64,000 bases of DNA, taken from the NCBI GenBank assembly GCA_001600815.1, contig BCKZ01000001.1:354613-418612 (forward strand). Direction: 5' to 3'. The notes beneath the pieces are model-generated. The model worked only from the letters and a program-made list of their open reading frames with translations. It was not told the origin of the DNA and made no database searches. Origin of the DNA: Alloascoidea hylecoeti (lineage: Eukaryota). A program made the position numbers and the translations under genes. Position 1 is the stretch's first letter. Every line of letters starts with the position of its first letter. Positions 24,829 to 36,969 of this stretch are shown piece after piece.

Positions 24829-27659
24829 TTATTTGATTGTCAGTTGCAGTTGGGAAGAGAGGTTGTTATATACTTTTGTGCCAATTACATCATCTGCAGT
24901 ATTATAATATTTGCAAACTTATATAATAGAACTTCCACGTGCACACGCTCCCACACGCACGCCTGCTGTACGCCCATGTGTACTGCTGCATGCTCCTGTG
25001 TACGGAGCCATGTACGTGACCTCTAAGGCACTGTGCATTGCAGTCGCATGCAATGCACATGAGAAATGAAATATATGGGTAGAGATCGTCATCTCCGGTT
25101 TCCTGTTTGGTATAACAGTTATAAACTTAACATTAACATTAACATGAATAATAATCTAATTGCACTTAAGCTTAAGCTTAAATCGTGTGAAACATGTAAT
25201 CTATACCAATCTATCTAAAGGCGTTCACTCTGCATTCTGAGATCTCGTATATTCACTTATCTTTAATCTTTCTGCTTACATATCTTTAAATTTATTATAA
25301 TATCTCCTCCAACCTAATAGCAAATTATCAATTAATATTGCAACTTGCAAGCTCAATTTCCATGTCAAATATGATAAGGATCAAAACCTTCGATATGTAG
25401 CGATATGTAAAGAAAAGTATAATAACAACTTATCGAGATCCACAATTCTAGAAATATTTAATGCATGGTATTATAATATTACTTCCTTTATTATAATACG
25501 TTTAACTCCATCAATTATTATAATTATTTCCATGGCACTATTCTCTTTCAAAATTATGGAATTTGAATGTTGTTAGTGGCACCGGTATTAAATGAATATT
25601 TTAATTGGTATAACATTCGCACAATATTCTTAATATCATATAACAGGTACTAAATATCGATGTTTCTTATAAATGTAGTAAGGTTAAATGTCATCAATCA
25701 TGAATAAAAATCTATCAAAGAAATTTAAAATCTTATTTATCATGTTACTTCAAAAGAATGCTTAATAATCTTAGACATTTGAAAAAACATTGATTGAAAC
25801 AAGTTTGTATTGATTAAAGGTTTTGAAATTGTCTAAAAAGATCTAAGAGTATAATAAATTAATTCTTATAATTTATTTATTACAATTTACAATTCACCAA
25901 TATAAAATATATAGAATATTGAGAATCTTGAGAATCTTGAGAATCTCGAGAATTTAAGTAAAAAAATAAAAATTTAGCGCTTATAAAATGATTGATTAAT
26001 TACATATAAATACGAATAAGAAACCAACTTATTTCATATTTACAAAACATTTATATATATATATATATAACTCTTCATATTCATATGTTTAATATATTTA
26101 AAATTAAATTTAAATTTAAATTCTCAACTGCTTGATATATCTTTATCTAGATCTTTATCGATATCTATAAATAAAGCTTATGTCCTAGTATGTCATATAT
26201 TATGAATTACATACTCATAAATTAAACATGGTATTTAGTTGCGATATTGATATCGATATCGATTGTTTATTTAGGGCTCAAAGAATTCGAAATTTTTTAA
26301 AAGTTCAAATTATATTAATTGTTTTTTTTTTTAAATTTTTGTAATTCAACTCCCATTTAAATTATTTATTGGTGGAGATGGATCAAATCATCAGCTCTAT
26401 AAACCAAGTGCCTTAAAGATACGTTTCGATCACTTAATTAATTTTCTATTAATTTGTTTTAAATTTTAAAAAAAATCTTGAATATAATTTGTACCAAAGA
26501 TTCTTTAATAGTTATGATATTTAACAATCCTTAAGATAATTAGAATGTATGTAATAATAATAATTATAATTTTCATATGCTAAATGTGATAAAAAGAAAC
26601 CATGTCCACATGTTTATTTCCTATTTCAATACTTGGGTTTCTTAAATAGATACTGTAAGATACCAATAATAGTCTAATCATACTTAAAACGAATATGTTT
26701 TGCATAAGTTTCGGATCAACTTTTATAATTTTATTGATCAAATTCAAAATTTAAATATGTATGGCAGATCATTAATATATGTCAACTCAAACATCTAATA
26801 TATCAAATCTTAAAATTTACAAAAACTCTTACATAATTACACTTTCTTTTTTTTTTTAAACTTTATTTCTGGATGATCATGGTGTACCGCCGTTATGTAT
26901 CTTTGGTCATGAGGTAAAGGTATATTTATGTATATATATATATATATATATATATTTAGAAATCACATAATACTATTGATTCTAAATGTTTCCTTTTTAA
27001 AAAATTTGTCATATAACTTAATTGTAATTAATATTTAAATTTAATGATCATCATCATCATCATCTTGACAATTATGGCTTATCAGAAACTCTCTTTATAA
27101 AATTATATAGTTTGCAATTCGAATCAATATTAGTAATTATGGCTGGTTCGGTCATTTATTATTGATAATTATGAATAGTTATTAATGAATATTCTTCAAG
27201 CTTGATAATTGTGGGGATAATATATTGAGGAATTTAAATCTTGTAATCTAATGTTTTTGGTATATACTTTACAAGTTAATATATATGCATAATTTGTACT
27301 ATTAAAGTTTTTAATAAATATACCCTCATGATCATTGATAGAACCTAGGCCTGGATCTATGATCATTGAAATATGGGAGGTTTGTGGCTGTGATGATCTA
27401 AAAAACCTCTTTGTTATATGGTCAGATGACTACATTGCAAGTGTTGCAGCTGTCACAAGTTTAAATATAAATCTCAACTCCAAAAAAAATGTTTATTTTT
27501 ATTCCCTTATACCCTATACTTTGTCCTAATCCTAATGCATATTCATACTATATAATCGTCTCTATATATATTTATTTTATTTTATTTATTGTTTTTTATC
27601 TTTTGTTTTAATTTTTCCTTTTTATTTTTTGTTTTTTAAATTTTTAAATTTTATTTATT

Positions 27660-29033
27660 TTATTCATCATCATCTAGATTCAAAGGAACATTAGTTCTAA
27701 GTAGATCAAATTTTATAAAAAAACTTCGAATCAATCCAATCAAATAATTAACCAATTTATTAAGGTATATAAATATAATTCCAACTCCAATGAAAGAACA
27801 CCAAACTCTTAAATCATCAAGTCTTAATAATTCTTCAATTGGAATATCAAACTTTTTCCCCTCATGACCATCTGTAACTGTATCAAATGTTCTATATTTA
27901 TTACTATTATTATCATTATTATTTTTGTTATTATTAATATTATTGTTATTATCAATGTTATTAGATTCATCATTTGTAGATAAATAAATATCAATCATTT
28001 CTAATCCAGGAATATAAATACCTAATGTATCTTGAATTAAAGGAAATATTCGTAATATTGATACAGAATATCCAATAAATCCAACAAGACAAGTACCTAA
28101 AGATAAATGTTGTCTCCAAGTTGGATTTTTAATGAAAACAATTGCATCATTATTATTTGTAATTGCCGCCCATTTAAATGATCTTGTTGAATATAAATCA
28201 ACAATTAAACTAAATATACTCCAAACACCTAATGGACCACCAGTTAAAAAATCAAATTGAAATCCTTTATATTCAACTCTACTTGTTGTAAAAGTATTAT
28301 GTTTGGAAGTTGTTGATGATAAAACTTTTTCTCTTTCTGTTTTCTTAATTTCATCATATAATCTTTTACCATTTTTATGAATTCCTAAAATTATATCTTT
28401 TCTAATTGATTCTGATAATTTTTTAAATCCAATTTTTGCAAGTATTAAATCTTGCCAATTTGCAATTAATAAAATATCATTTGGTTTAAAACCAAGTAAT
28501 AATGATCTTTGTGCATTATAACCCATTAATATACATAAAGTTATAATAATGATTGTTGTTATAATATAACTGAAAAATGATATTGGTATAATTGATAATA
28601 AATTAAATATATTTCGTTGTTCATATTTATATTTAAAACCACATAAATCACATTTATTATAGCTTTTTTTACCCACGTTTCGATTTCTCCACATTTGAAG
28701 ACAACGAACATGGACATATTTTGAACTTCCTTTACATAAACAAGGTGATATTAATGGACCTGAATATTCATCATCTGTATCATATTCATTTTCAACATAA
28801 ACACATTCTTCAGATTGTAAACAAATACGACATATCTTTTCAAGTTCATAAAGGTCTTCTTTTTCTTTTTTTTCTTCTTGTAAAGATAAACTATCAATAG
28901 AATCATTAAAAGATGACTTGAAAGTTCCTGTATATGACTCATGGAGTTCAACTCCAGATGATACTTCTAATACATCATCATCACCCCTTATTCCATTTGG
29001 TCCTTGATCTGCCAATGTAAACTCAAAATCCAT
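27660..29033 (-). CDS. RING-CH (RINGv/MARCH-type) membrane E3 ubiquitin ligase
   Basis: C4HC3 motif CRICL...LISPCLCKGSSKYVHVRCLQMW...CDLC followed by several hydrophobic segments and an Asn-rich loop. Confidence 0.88.
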   Translation of the reverse strand: MDFEFTLADQGPNGIRGDDDVLEVSSGVELHESYTGTFKSSFNDSIDSLSLQEEKKEKEDLYELEKICRICLQSEECVYVENEYDTDDEYSGPLISPCLCKGSSKYVHVRCLQMWRNRNVGKKSYNKCDLCGFKYKYEQRNIFNLLSIIPISFFSYIITTIIIITLCILMGYNAQRSLLLGFKPNDILLIANWQDLILAKIGFKKLSESIRKDIILGIHKNGKRLYDEIKKTEREKVLSSTTSKHNTFTTSRVEYKGFQFDFLTGGPLGVWSIFSLIVDLYSTRSFKWAAITNNNDAIVFIKNPTWRQHLSLGTCLVGFIGYSVSILRIFPLIQDTLGIYIPGLEMIDIYLSTNDESNNIDNNNNINNNKNNNDNNSNKYRTFDTVTDGHEGKKFDIPIEELLRLDDLRVWCSFIGVGIIFIYLNKLVNYLIGLIRSFFIKFDLLRTNVPLNLDDDE

Positions 29034-29188
29034 AATCTATTTTTAAAATTCAATAAATGAAATGAAAAGCAAAAAAACAAAAAAAAATTAGAGATAATAA
29101 TCCCTCGGAGTTTATCGTTGGTATATTGATAGCTCTGTTAGTAACAATACTGATAAACTTTATAAGTGAGGCGATATTGATTTCCAGT

Positions 29189-29197
29189 GTCACGTGA
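29189..29197. promoter_or_regulatory. Cbf1/bHLH E-box GTCACGTGA upstream of the RING-CH gene
   Basis: Exact RTCACGTG about 155 bp upstream of the ATG. Confidence 0.45.
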
Positions 29198-30529
29198 TTA
29201 GCACCAAAGATAACGACTTACAACGATTACAAATTTATCGATATCATGACCTTCATATTTTTGAAAACTGGAATTGGAACTGAAATGGTCTTCATTTAGG
29301 TTAAAATATTGATAAATTTGATCATTAGTTTCATATTATAATTATGTAATTGATATTTATTTACTTAACCGTTTATAATTTTAAATTATTTTATGAAATT
29401 GCAGTATGATGTTTTTTTTATTAATAATTATAAGTATATTTTTGATATCGTATCTTTATTTTTCTAATTCCACTTCAATCAAATATTTGTCTTAAATTTT
29501 TTACAAATAAAAAAAAGAAAGATCATTTCCTTTTACTTTTTTCTCATTATATTTTATTTGTTTCAAATAATAATTATTTATTTTAACTTCATATATATTC
29601 TTTAAATTCCATAAATAAAATGCTATGCATATTAAAAACATGTGAGTTATAACTTATAAAATGTAACGTTAACCACATCCCCACGGCCGTAAAATAAGTA
29701 TAAACCAATTGAAATCGAATCTTAAAGACTGTCTATGAGTAAACTTATAAGCATAAATCAACAATTAATATTTATAATTACTCGATCAAAATATAACTTA
29801 TAAAAAACGATACGTACGCCTTAAACTCAAATAATGACTAATTATCATAAAATTGAAAAGAAAAGTTAATTATTCATTATTAATTTTCATAGTTATACTT
29901 AAAACTCTTCGTAAAATTATATATGATTATGTCTACTTGAGTTTAACTTTCCATTGTGTTTCTTTCTTTGGAAACCATCTAATCCAATCAACAATTACTA
30001 TTTATAAATGTTTTTCGAGTCGATTAAACTAAATAGACATTGAGATTAATAAGAACTAACAATTGCAATGAATCTTAACGTAAAAGAAAAATAAAACTAT
30101 GCATATATTATCTTCAACTTTACTAAGTTAAAACATTAACTGAGCCAAGGCACATTTTGAACATTCACCAATATTTTTGTTTGCAATTGATCATTGGTAG
30201 TAGTATAAATCGTCATTTGTGAGAAAGCTTATTTCGTGTTTTCCAAATTTGCTTAGTCTTAACACCATAATCATTTTACTATTATGATAAAGAGTCTTCT
30301 ATTAATAAGTAAGGTACAGCCGTGAAAAACCTTAAGTTAAGCCTTTTCTTCAAATAAGAATGGCGGTGTCATAAACAGCTGCTGAGTAGCCTTTTAAGCC
30401 TTAAGCTGTTTTTAAAATACATAGTGCATAATGTTCCGTAAATATTAGAGATTATATTGATGCATATAGAATGACATTTTAAGTTTTAATATTTAGTGTT
30501 GACACCCTTAACCCTATAAACGGCTGTCA

Positions 30530-31470
30530 CTCTATGAAGTCAATCAGATCATCAATAATATCCTAATCCATGAGCTCCCAAAACTTTGAAAGAGATATCA
30601 ATATTAGGTCTTCCTTCATTTCAACACCATGTGAAAGTCTGATAATCGTAATGCCTTTTGATGCACTTCTTTGAGGAGATTCTAAATGCTCAAATGGATT
30701 CAGGTTCGTTGAAAAAGGTGGCACTACGACCCTCTATCTCCTTCTTAGGAAATCAATTCATCTCGATTTTAGCTTTATGGATACGTGTGTTATCCTGCTT
30801 GAAGATGAGACCCTCAGTAGTCTCATAGAAGACCTCTTCCAGAAGTTTTATGTAAGAACGTGCGATGGATCCTCTTTTTCTGCCTTCAGTGATCACCAAC
30901 CACTCGAGCTCTAACATGATCTCCTTTCCAAATTTCAGCGCATACAATATGTCTTAAAAATCCAGACTTCCTTATATTTTAAATATTTTGAAGTTCAAAG
31001 GTCAGGCCTGACTTTTGTAGAGCACTTACTTTTCTAGGTCTAGATCCCAAAATGATTGATTGTTCGTGGTTAAATATAACACCATCCCAAACGTCCTGAG
31101 ACCACTTCAATCCATTTTTAAATTATATTATTCTGTTCCGTTGATCCTTCTCATTCGGAAAAAGCCTTTTGCATGTCGAAAATATTCCGTATTCATGTTC
31201 TTACAGAAAGTTCTAATTAGGTGGTCTTTGATATTTTAATGTTGAACTTTGAAGCTAGTTCATCATATATATTCAAGGGGGAAGCTTTTAAACCCCTCAG
31301 GATTTGATTTAACGTCCTGATAGTTAACTCTGAAGGGTTTGTTGTCCTAGGAGGTGTTACATCAGAAGCGTTGTTGGCGTATTTCTTTGCCCTGCACGGC
31401 ACAGTTGAGGGACTAATATCAGACTTCCTTCCTATTCCAGGAATTAAGAATCCATCCTTAGTCAAATTAC
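30530..31470 (-). mobile_element. Degenerate Tc1/mariner (IS630-Tc1, DD34E-like) transposase
   Basis: Fragments appear in the correct order across frameshifts: an HTH-like N-terminus (ISPSTV...ELASKFNIKISKTT), WDGVIFNHE (W..VIFSDE), IFKQDNTRIHKAK (FQQDNA..H) and PPFSTNLNPFEHL (PP.SPDLNPIE.LW) at 30683-30724. Confidence 0.85.
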
Positions 31471-32454
31471 ATATTTAATCCCACCTAGTTGCTCAAAAGT
31501 TTTAGAATTACAATTTACAATTACGTAGAATCTAGCTTAGCAGAATTCTAGAACTCATTCTATGCTATATTTAAAAAGAAGGGTTTTTATTTGGAATAGT
31601 ATCCAAGAAAATCTTGGAAATTTAAGGTCATACCCGGTATTTCCACTCCGAATTGAGTTCCCGTTGGAGGAAGTATGGATATGTGTGTTTCCATTACGGG
31701 ACGAAGTGGATTTAAAAGTTCGGTATATGAGGCAACATATTTAGCCGTCTGTTTGAGTTAAAATTGGTGCATAAATTCGATGTGTATATAATGTTTCAGC
31801 AGAAGCTAGAATTCACAAATCATTAATATTGCTTTAATGAAATATGTAGCAACGTTATCAATATTGAATTTTTATAGTAATATCATCGGTCTATGAGGAA
31901 GACACCAAGATTTAGATAACTTAATTATTACATGATATACATCCTACTTAATTTTGGTGTATGTCCTCGCTTAGGTTAGGTATTTGTTTTTACGAAATAA
32001 TTCCAACTAAGAATTTAGTAGAGAAATGTTATATTTTCTATTTAAAACCTCCTTCTATCTTCTGTTTATATATTATAACTTATTTTATTTCGCTAACAAA
32101 AAGTAGAAAATCTCCTCTATATTAGGAAATTGGGTACCAAAATTGATCATGAAGCTAGCGCTTAAGCTTCAACAACATATCCACATCTTTTTCGATATAA
32201 TAACTTATAGGTGCAATCTCAATAAAAAATAAGTATTATTTATGTCAGTAACACAAAAATCATACATTAGGCCAAACATTAGTATATCAAGGGTGTGATA
32301 ATTTGTAGTGAATGTGGGTGAACATTTAGTCATCCGAGTGACTGAAATCAAGTGAAATGACTGTATATTGAAAATAATAGACTATACGCAGGTATATCAA
32401 ATATAATTATAACACCAATTATAACCTACATGGAATTGAACCTTCATGATATAG

Positions 32455-33100
32455 TCAACTGGGAATAGTAAGACCTTTGGCAATTTCGTGAAAAACTGTC
32501 AGTTTTTCATACCATGATTTGACAGCAAGATATTTAGATGAATACAGTCCAGATCTTTCTGTTACTTTAGTAACACGAGGTAAGTTACTAATATCTGAAA
32601 TAGAAATATGATTAGTAATCACCAACAACGAGTTCTGTTCCATTCGTTATCAATTGTTCATTCAAAGTAGAATAAAATTTTTCCAAATTAGTTTGAAATT
32701 TATTGATGACCTTCTTAAGATGTTTATGATTTTGAGAAATTTGAAGATTTCCCTTGCTTAACCAGATATATGGAAAAATAAACATTGTAAAGATGTATAA
32801 TAATCATTAGATCCACTTAGAGATGAAAATTATTTATTATTAGTAAGATAGACTAAACTAGCACCTTATTCACTTTAAACAAATATTTCTTCCTTTTCTT
32901 TAGCATCAGTTAGCACAGACATGTGACCATCAATATTTATAAGTTTAAGGAACCAATCTTGCTCATGTTATTTGCTGGAAGATCAACTCTTTTGTGAATA
33001 TATTTAACCTAGAAGCTCTAGAACAACGGATGTTCTTGTACCGTTAAAATTTGGAAATTAGTAGATCTGAGTTTAATATATGGAGCTTCAAGAGGACCAA
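32455..33100 (-). pseudogene. Glutathione S-transferase (Ure2/GST-nu-like) pseudogene
   Basis: Frameshifted pieces read NGTRTSVVLELLG / YIHKRVDL / EQDWFLKL-INIDGHMSVLTD / SE*GASLVYL / LQCLFFHISG / FYSTLNEQL...ELVVGD / HISISDISNL...KYLAVKSWYEKL...IAKGLTIP. These are collinear with the GST N-domain (NG.K, WFL.INPNGRIP, ESGAI..YL) and C-domain (YLVGD..SIADI) motifs. Confidence 0.8.
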
Positions 33101-34546
33101 TTTTGAATCACTCTCATAAATGAAAACCATTTTGATATAATATTATTTTTAAAATAATATTGATTAATATTCCAATAGAGTTAAACTTAGAATTAATATT
33201 TAAAGATTTAAGTTTTGGGGGAGATAAACATATATTTTATGGATAATTGGTAATTGTCCATTCTTAGACCTACCAGAACACGACAGATATTTCCAATTAT
33301 CAAACGCTAAGACGTGGATTTTAAAGGTATTTGGTATTCATTTTATCACCAATGCATTGTTAAGCAAATCATTTAATTGTATTACTATCTTGGTCTATTC
33401 TCCCTGTAAGCTAAATTGTAACAAGTCAAATGGTTAATGCTGTTATTATCATTTTCTTTTGGGGAAAAGACTCCTTTTCTCGTAGCTACAGGATATCCGG
33501 AGGCTATCAGGAGCTCCCTTCAGTACTTTCTTTATTGCGCATGCTATTTGATAAACCTCATTACAAATGATATAGGCCTACAAGTTTCCACTTAATTTTA
33601 GACATGAGTAGCATAAAACTATTAGATATCGATATTTTGTTTCGCTTCAGTTTAATCAGTTTTTCGTTAGCTATAGCTGTTTAAAGTTACGCTTTAGGTA
33701 ATATATACGTAGTTATACTTCAGTTTTGATTTAATGATTTATTGGTGTCACAATTTAGTTATTTCTTTATCAATTCACCACTTTATAGTATCGAAACATA
33801 GTCATTATATGCACAAATTATCGGGGATGCTTTTGACTCAAAATCAAATTCTGTTGGATATGCTCTCATATTACCACTTAAGCTTGCAATATTGTAACAT
33901 CAGTTAAAGAATTATCATTACCACTTAATTCTCTTCCAATTAGTATATCACTGATAATAAATCCATCATCATCAGAATCAATAATAACTGAGCTTGACCT
34001 TGATTTATAAATATGATGCATTTTCAATATCTAATGATGATCCAATACCTTTAATCCCACCCGGATTCTTTATAGTACAAGTTTGGAAATCAAGAAATTC
34101 CTCAATATATCAAAGAAAATAAGTTAATAATTAAAAGACAATATAAAAATATACTTTGCACTAATTGTATAACATTTGTTACATGTACATATAATCTTGT
34201 AGTATAACTTATACATTATAAACCATAATTTTCAATTAATCTTTTCAGATCTTGGTGACTCGTTTGGATCACAGTTAGTAAAGAGTTCATGCATTGTTGA
34301 AGCATATACATATGGTGAATTCAACGCATTACCTTTTGATTTTAATATCAAGAAGGATATTTAAAGAAAAACAATAACTATTGGCTTGTGAACTGATTGA
34401 AGAAAAAGAATTATAATTTATTTGTGGTACAGTCGAAGTAGCCTTACGATTATCATCGCACGTACTACAGTTGTGAAAGTATTTTGATGTAATTGATTCC
34501 AAAGTTTTTTCCATCAAGCCTAGATTGGGTACTGGTGTTTGAGATC

Positions 34547-35944
34547 TCAATACAGTTCTGAATTCCAATTTGTAAAATTTGGAACTAAGTTATAAGTGAT
34601 TGAAGGTATTTTAATATTTATAGTTCGTTCATATTTGGTTTGTTGACCTTCCAAATCATATTGTGGTGTCCATTGACTCCATATATCTTCATTCAAGTTT
34701 ACATTCACGTTTACAAGCTGTAGTAGCGGATATATCACAACCACCATTGCTCAAGTTTTCGGCCGTAGAGTCACATCCCTCATCAATAATATGCTTTAAA
34801 ACATACCGGTTCTGATCAACTAGAGAGTATTATCTCGAGTTCTTAAATATTCTTAATGAGGAATATGACATTCCCGTAATATGATAAAATTTTAAATATG
34901 GTCCTAATCCTGTAATTAGTGGTGGAGGCTGAGGTAATCCATCAATTATTGTTGGGTTATAAATGAACCTCAAGGGAAACGTAATATAGTTACCTACGAT
35001 CGGATTAGTGATTGGTCGTTGAACTGAGCTCGAGGTTATTGATTCCGGTAGATATAATATAGGTCGAATGCGATCACTTCTATTGTTGACATGATTTGAT
35101 TTGGACAAGATTTTTGTTTTCTTGCTATCCATTCAAAATGTTTAAGATATAATAGTTTTTCTGTTTTGCAGTCAACAGTATAGAGCGTTTTAAATTTCGT
35201 ATCACCATTCGCATATGTCTGGCCGTGGTTTATTGATACATATTTTTTAGATGGCTGAAGAAGGTGATCATGAGGGGAAACCGTAGCTCTATATGAAGGT
35301 ATGAGATCTTTTCAAATATATGGGTGGTTCATGCTATTGCTCAGATAAGTGGTGTTCCAAAGTTACTAAAGATTTACTCATAAACTTTTTTTCAATAATC
35401 GCTTCAATAGAATAAGTAATATTATCACCAAATGACTGGTTCAATAGAGTAATATCGGGTCCTGAATTATTGGTACGACACAAATTGTGCTCCATTATTA
35501 TAGGTATTCTGAATTCATATTACTCACCGGTAAGACACCTTCCATTTAGGTATCCACCAGGCTTGGGATAAAAGTAGGTCTCTGTGAAATCACTTATTAA
35601 TAGTCAAAAGTGGAATTGGGAAGTAAGAGGAAAGCGAAAATGGAGCCAGCTATCTACGCATTTGTATTCTCTTCTTTTAGGAATATTGATGTTAAATGGT
35701 ATAATACACTTCATACCAGCTAAAGCTATGTTGTCTTTGGGACCTGCAGCTTCATCTGGAAATGTATCATCGAAGTTGTGGAATAATATAGGACTGATGC
35801 CGATACACGTCCGCTTATACTCAGAAAGAATTGGTTATAAGAAAACGTAGCTTCAGGAATTAGGGTAACAACGAATTTAATACTCTCACCTGGAATATAA
35901 AACGGTTTTTCATTTTCATTACAAACGGTGAGCTTTGCTTTCAT
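34547..35944 (-). pseudogene. Arrestin-fold (alpha-arrestin/Bul-like) pseudogene
   Basis: Starts MKAKLTVCNENEKPFYIPGESIKFVVTL (F..GE.I.G.V.L arrestin-N), then KYEFRIP, NITYSIEAII and ITYNLVPNFTNWNSELY, broken by many stops and frameshifts. Confidence 0.6.
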
Positions 35945-36969
35945 TTGTTCTTTCTTACATGGTAAGATTAAATGTCACCAAGGGTAGGTAATTTTTCGTC
36001 GCCGACTGTTTTTTTCTCTCAGACATGTCATCCATGATTAGATATTGTAAAAATTTTGACCGTCTTTAAAAGAGTTGGAAGTTGAGACTGAAATTTATCA
36101 TATAGTGAGTATTCTATATCATAGCAAAACTGCAAGCATGCATAATAATGTAAAGTTGAGAGCAATTTTAAAAACCTTTCTCCACTTCTGGACTGCAACA
36201 CTAAGAAATTACTGTATAAGCTTATAGGTATTAATAGAATAGAACTAATTCAATGTAAAAGGAGAGATTTCTACTTTTCAGAGAGGGACATCAGCAAAAT
36301 ATATATAGCTTTGTAACCTCTATTAGTGCGATACTATAAATTGTGGCGGTGGTGGGTCAAGGCTACCAAACGGAGATTCCAATGCAAACATTAAACTCTG
36401 AAAATTTTATGATGGAAGGTATTGAGCAGGATAGACTTGATATTCCTATAATGAGATGCAGAGAAGATGGTTATGATCAAGAGGAATTGCAAACAATCGA
36501 GCTGATAGAGTAGCTACTGAAGAGTACTGCAAGTTCCAATTCAGGGTCGACTCTATATTGAAAATGATTATGCCAATTGTATCTGATTTATTAGTCTCAG
36601 CTAATATTGCAACTTCAGAATATCATCTTAGGAAGAATGGTTGGTATTCATATATACGCCATCTGCTTCCTTGATACAAAAAAATATCAAAGAGGTTTAG
36701 AATTTTCAACGCAAAACAACTGCTTGTGTTAAACGGCGAATTAATGTGCTCAGAAATAACGAACTGTGTACTGAACTGATACCTAAATATAACTCACACA
36801 GATGACGAAATGATACGCCTCTCTAATACTGAACTTTTAATGAAAAACACAACACCCACACAACCAATAACACGTGTCACATATTTACTTGAAATTCTTT
36901 GAATCTTTTCAACAGTTTTATACCTGTCCTTTTTCTTATTTTTTCGCTCTTTTAAATACAAAATAAGAA

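Noticed and set aside
24323..25026. Four overlapping 100-160 aa ORFs over the PUF 5' end
   Set aside because: Expected by-product of local high GC (few stop codons); no recognisable motifs.
25919..25953. Short tandem repeats TTGAGAATC x3-4 (also CAAAAGGATC at 17491 and GTCAAAC at 49395)
   Set aside because: Ordinary slippage duplications with no sign of function.
30317..30527. CAGCCGT...ACGGCTG as TIRs of the Tc1 relic
   Set aside because: Only about 7 bp match, and the pair does not bracket the transposase.
32455..32643. F-box-like reading of the 62-aa ORF
   Set aside because: Better explained as the C-terminal part of the GST pseudogene.
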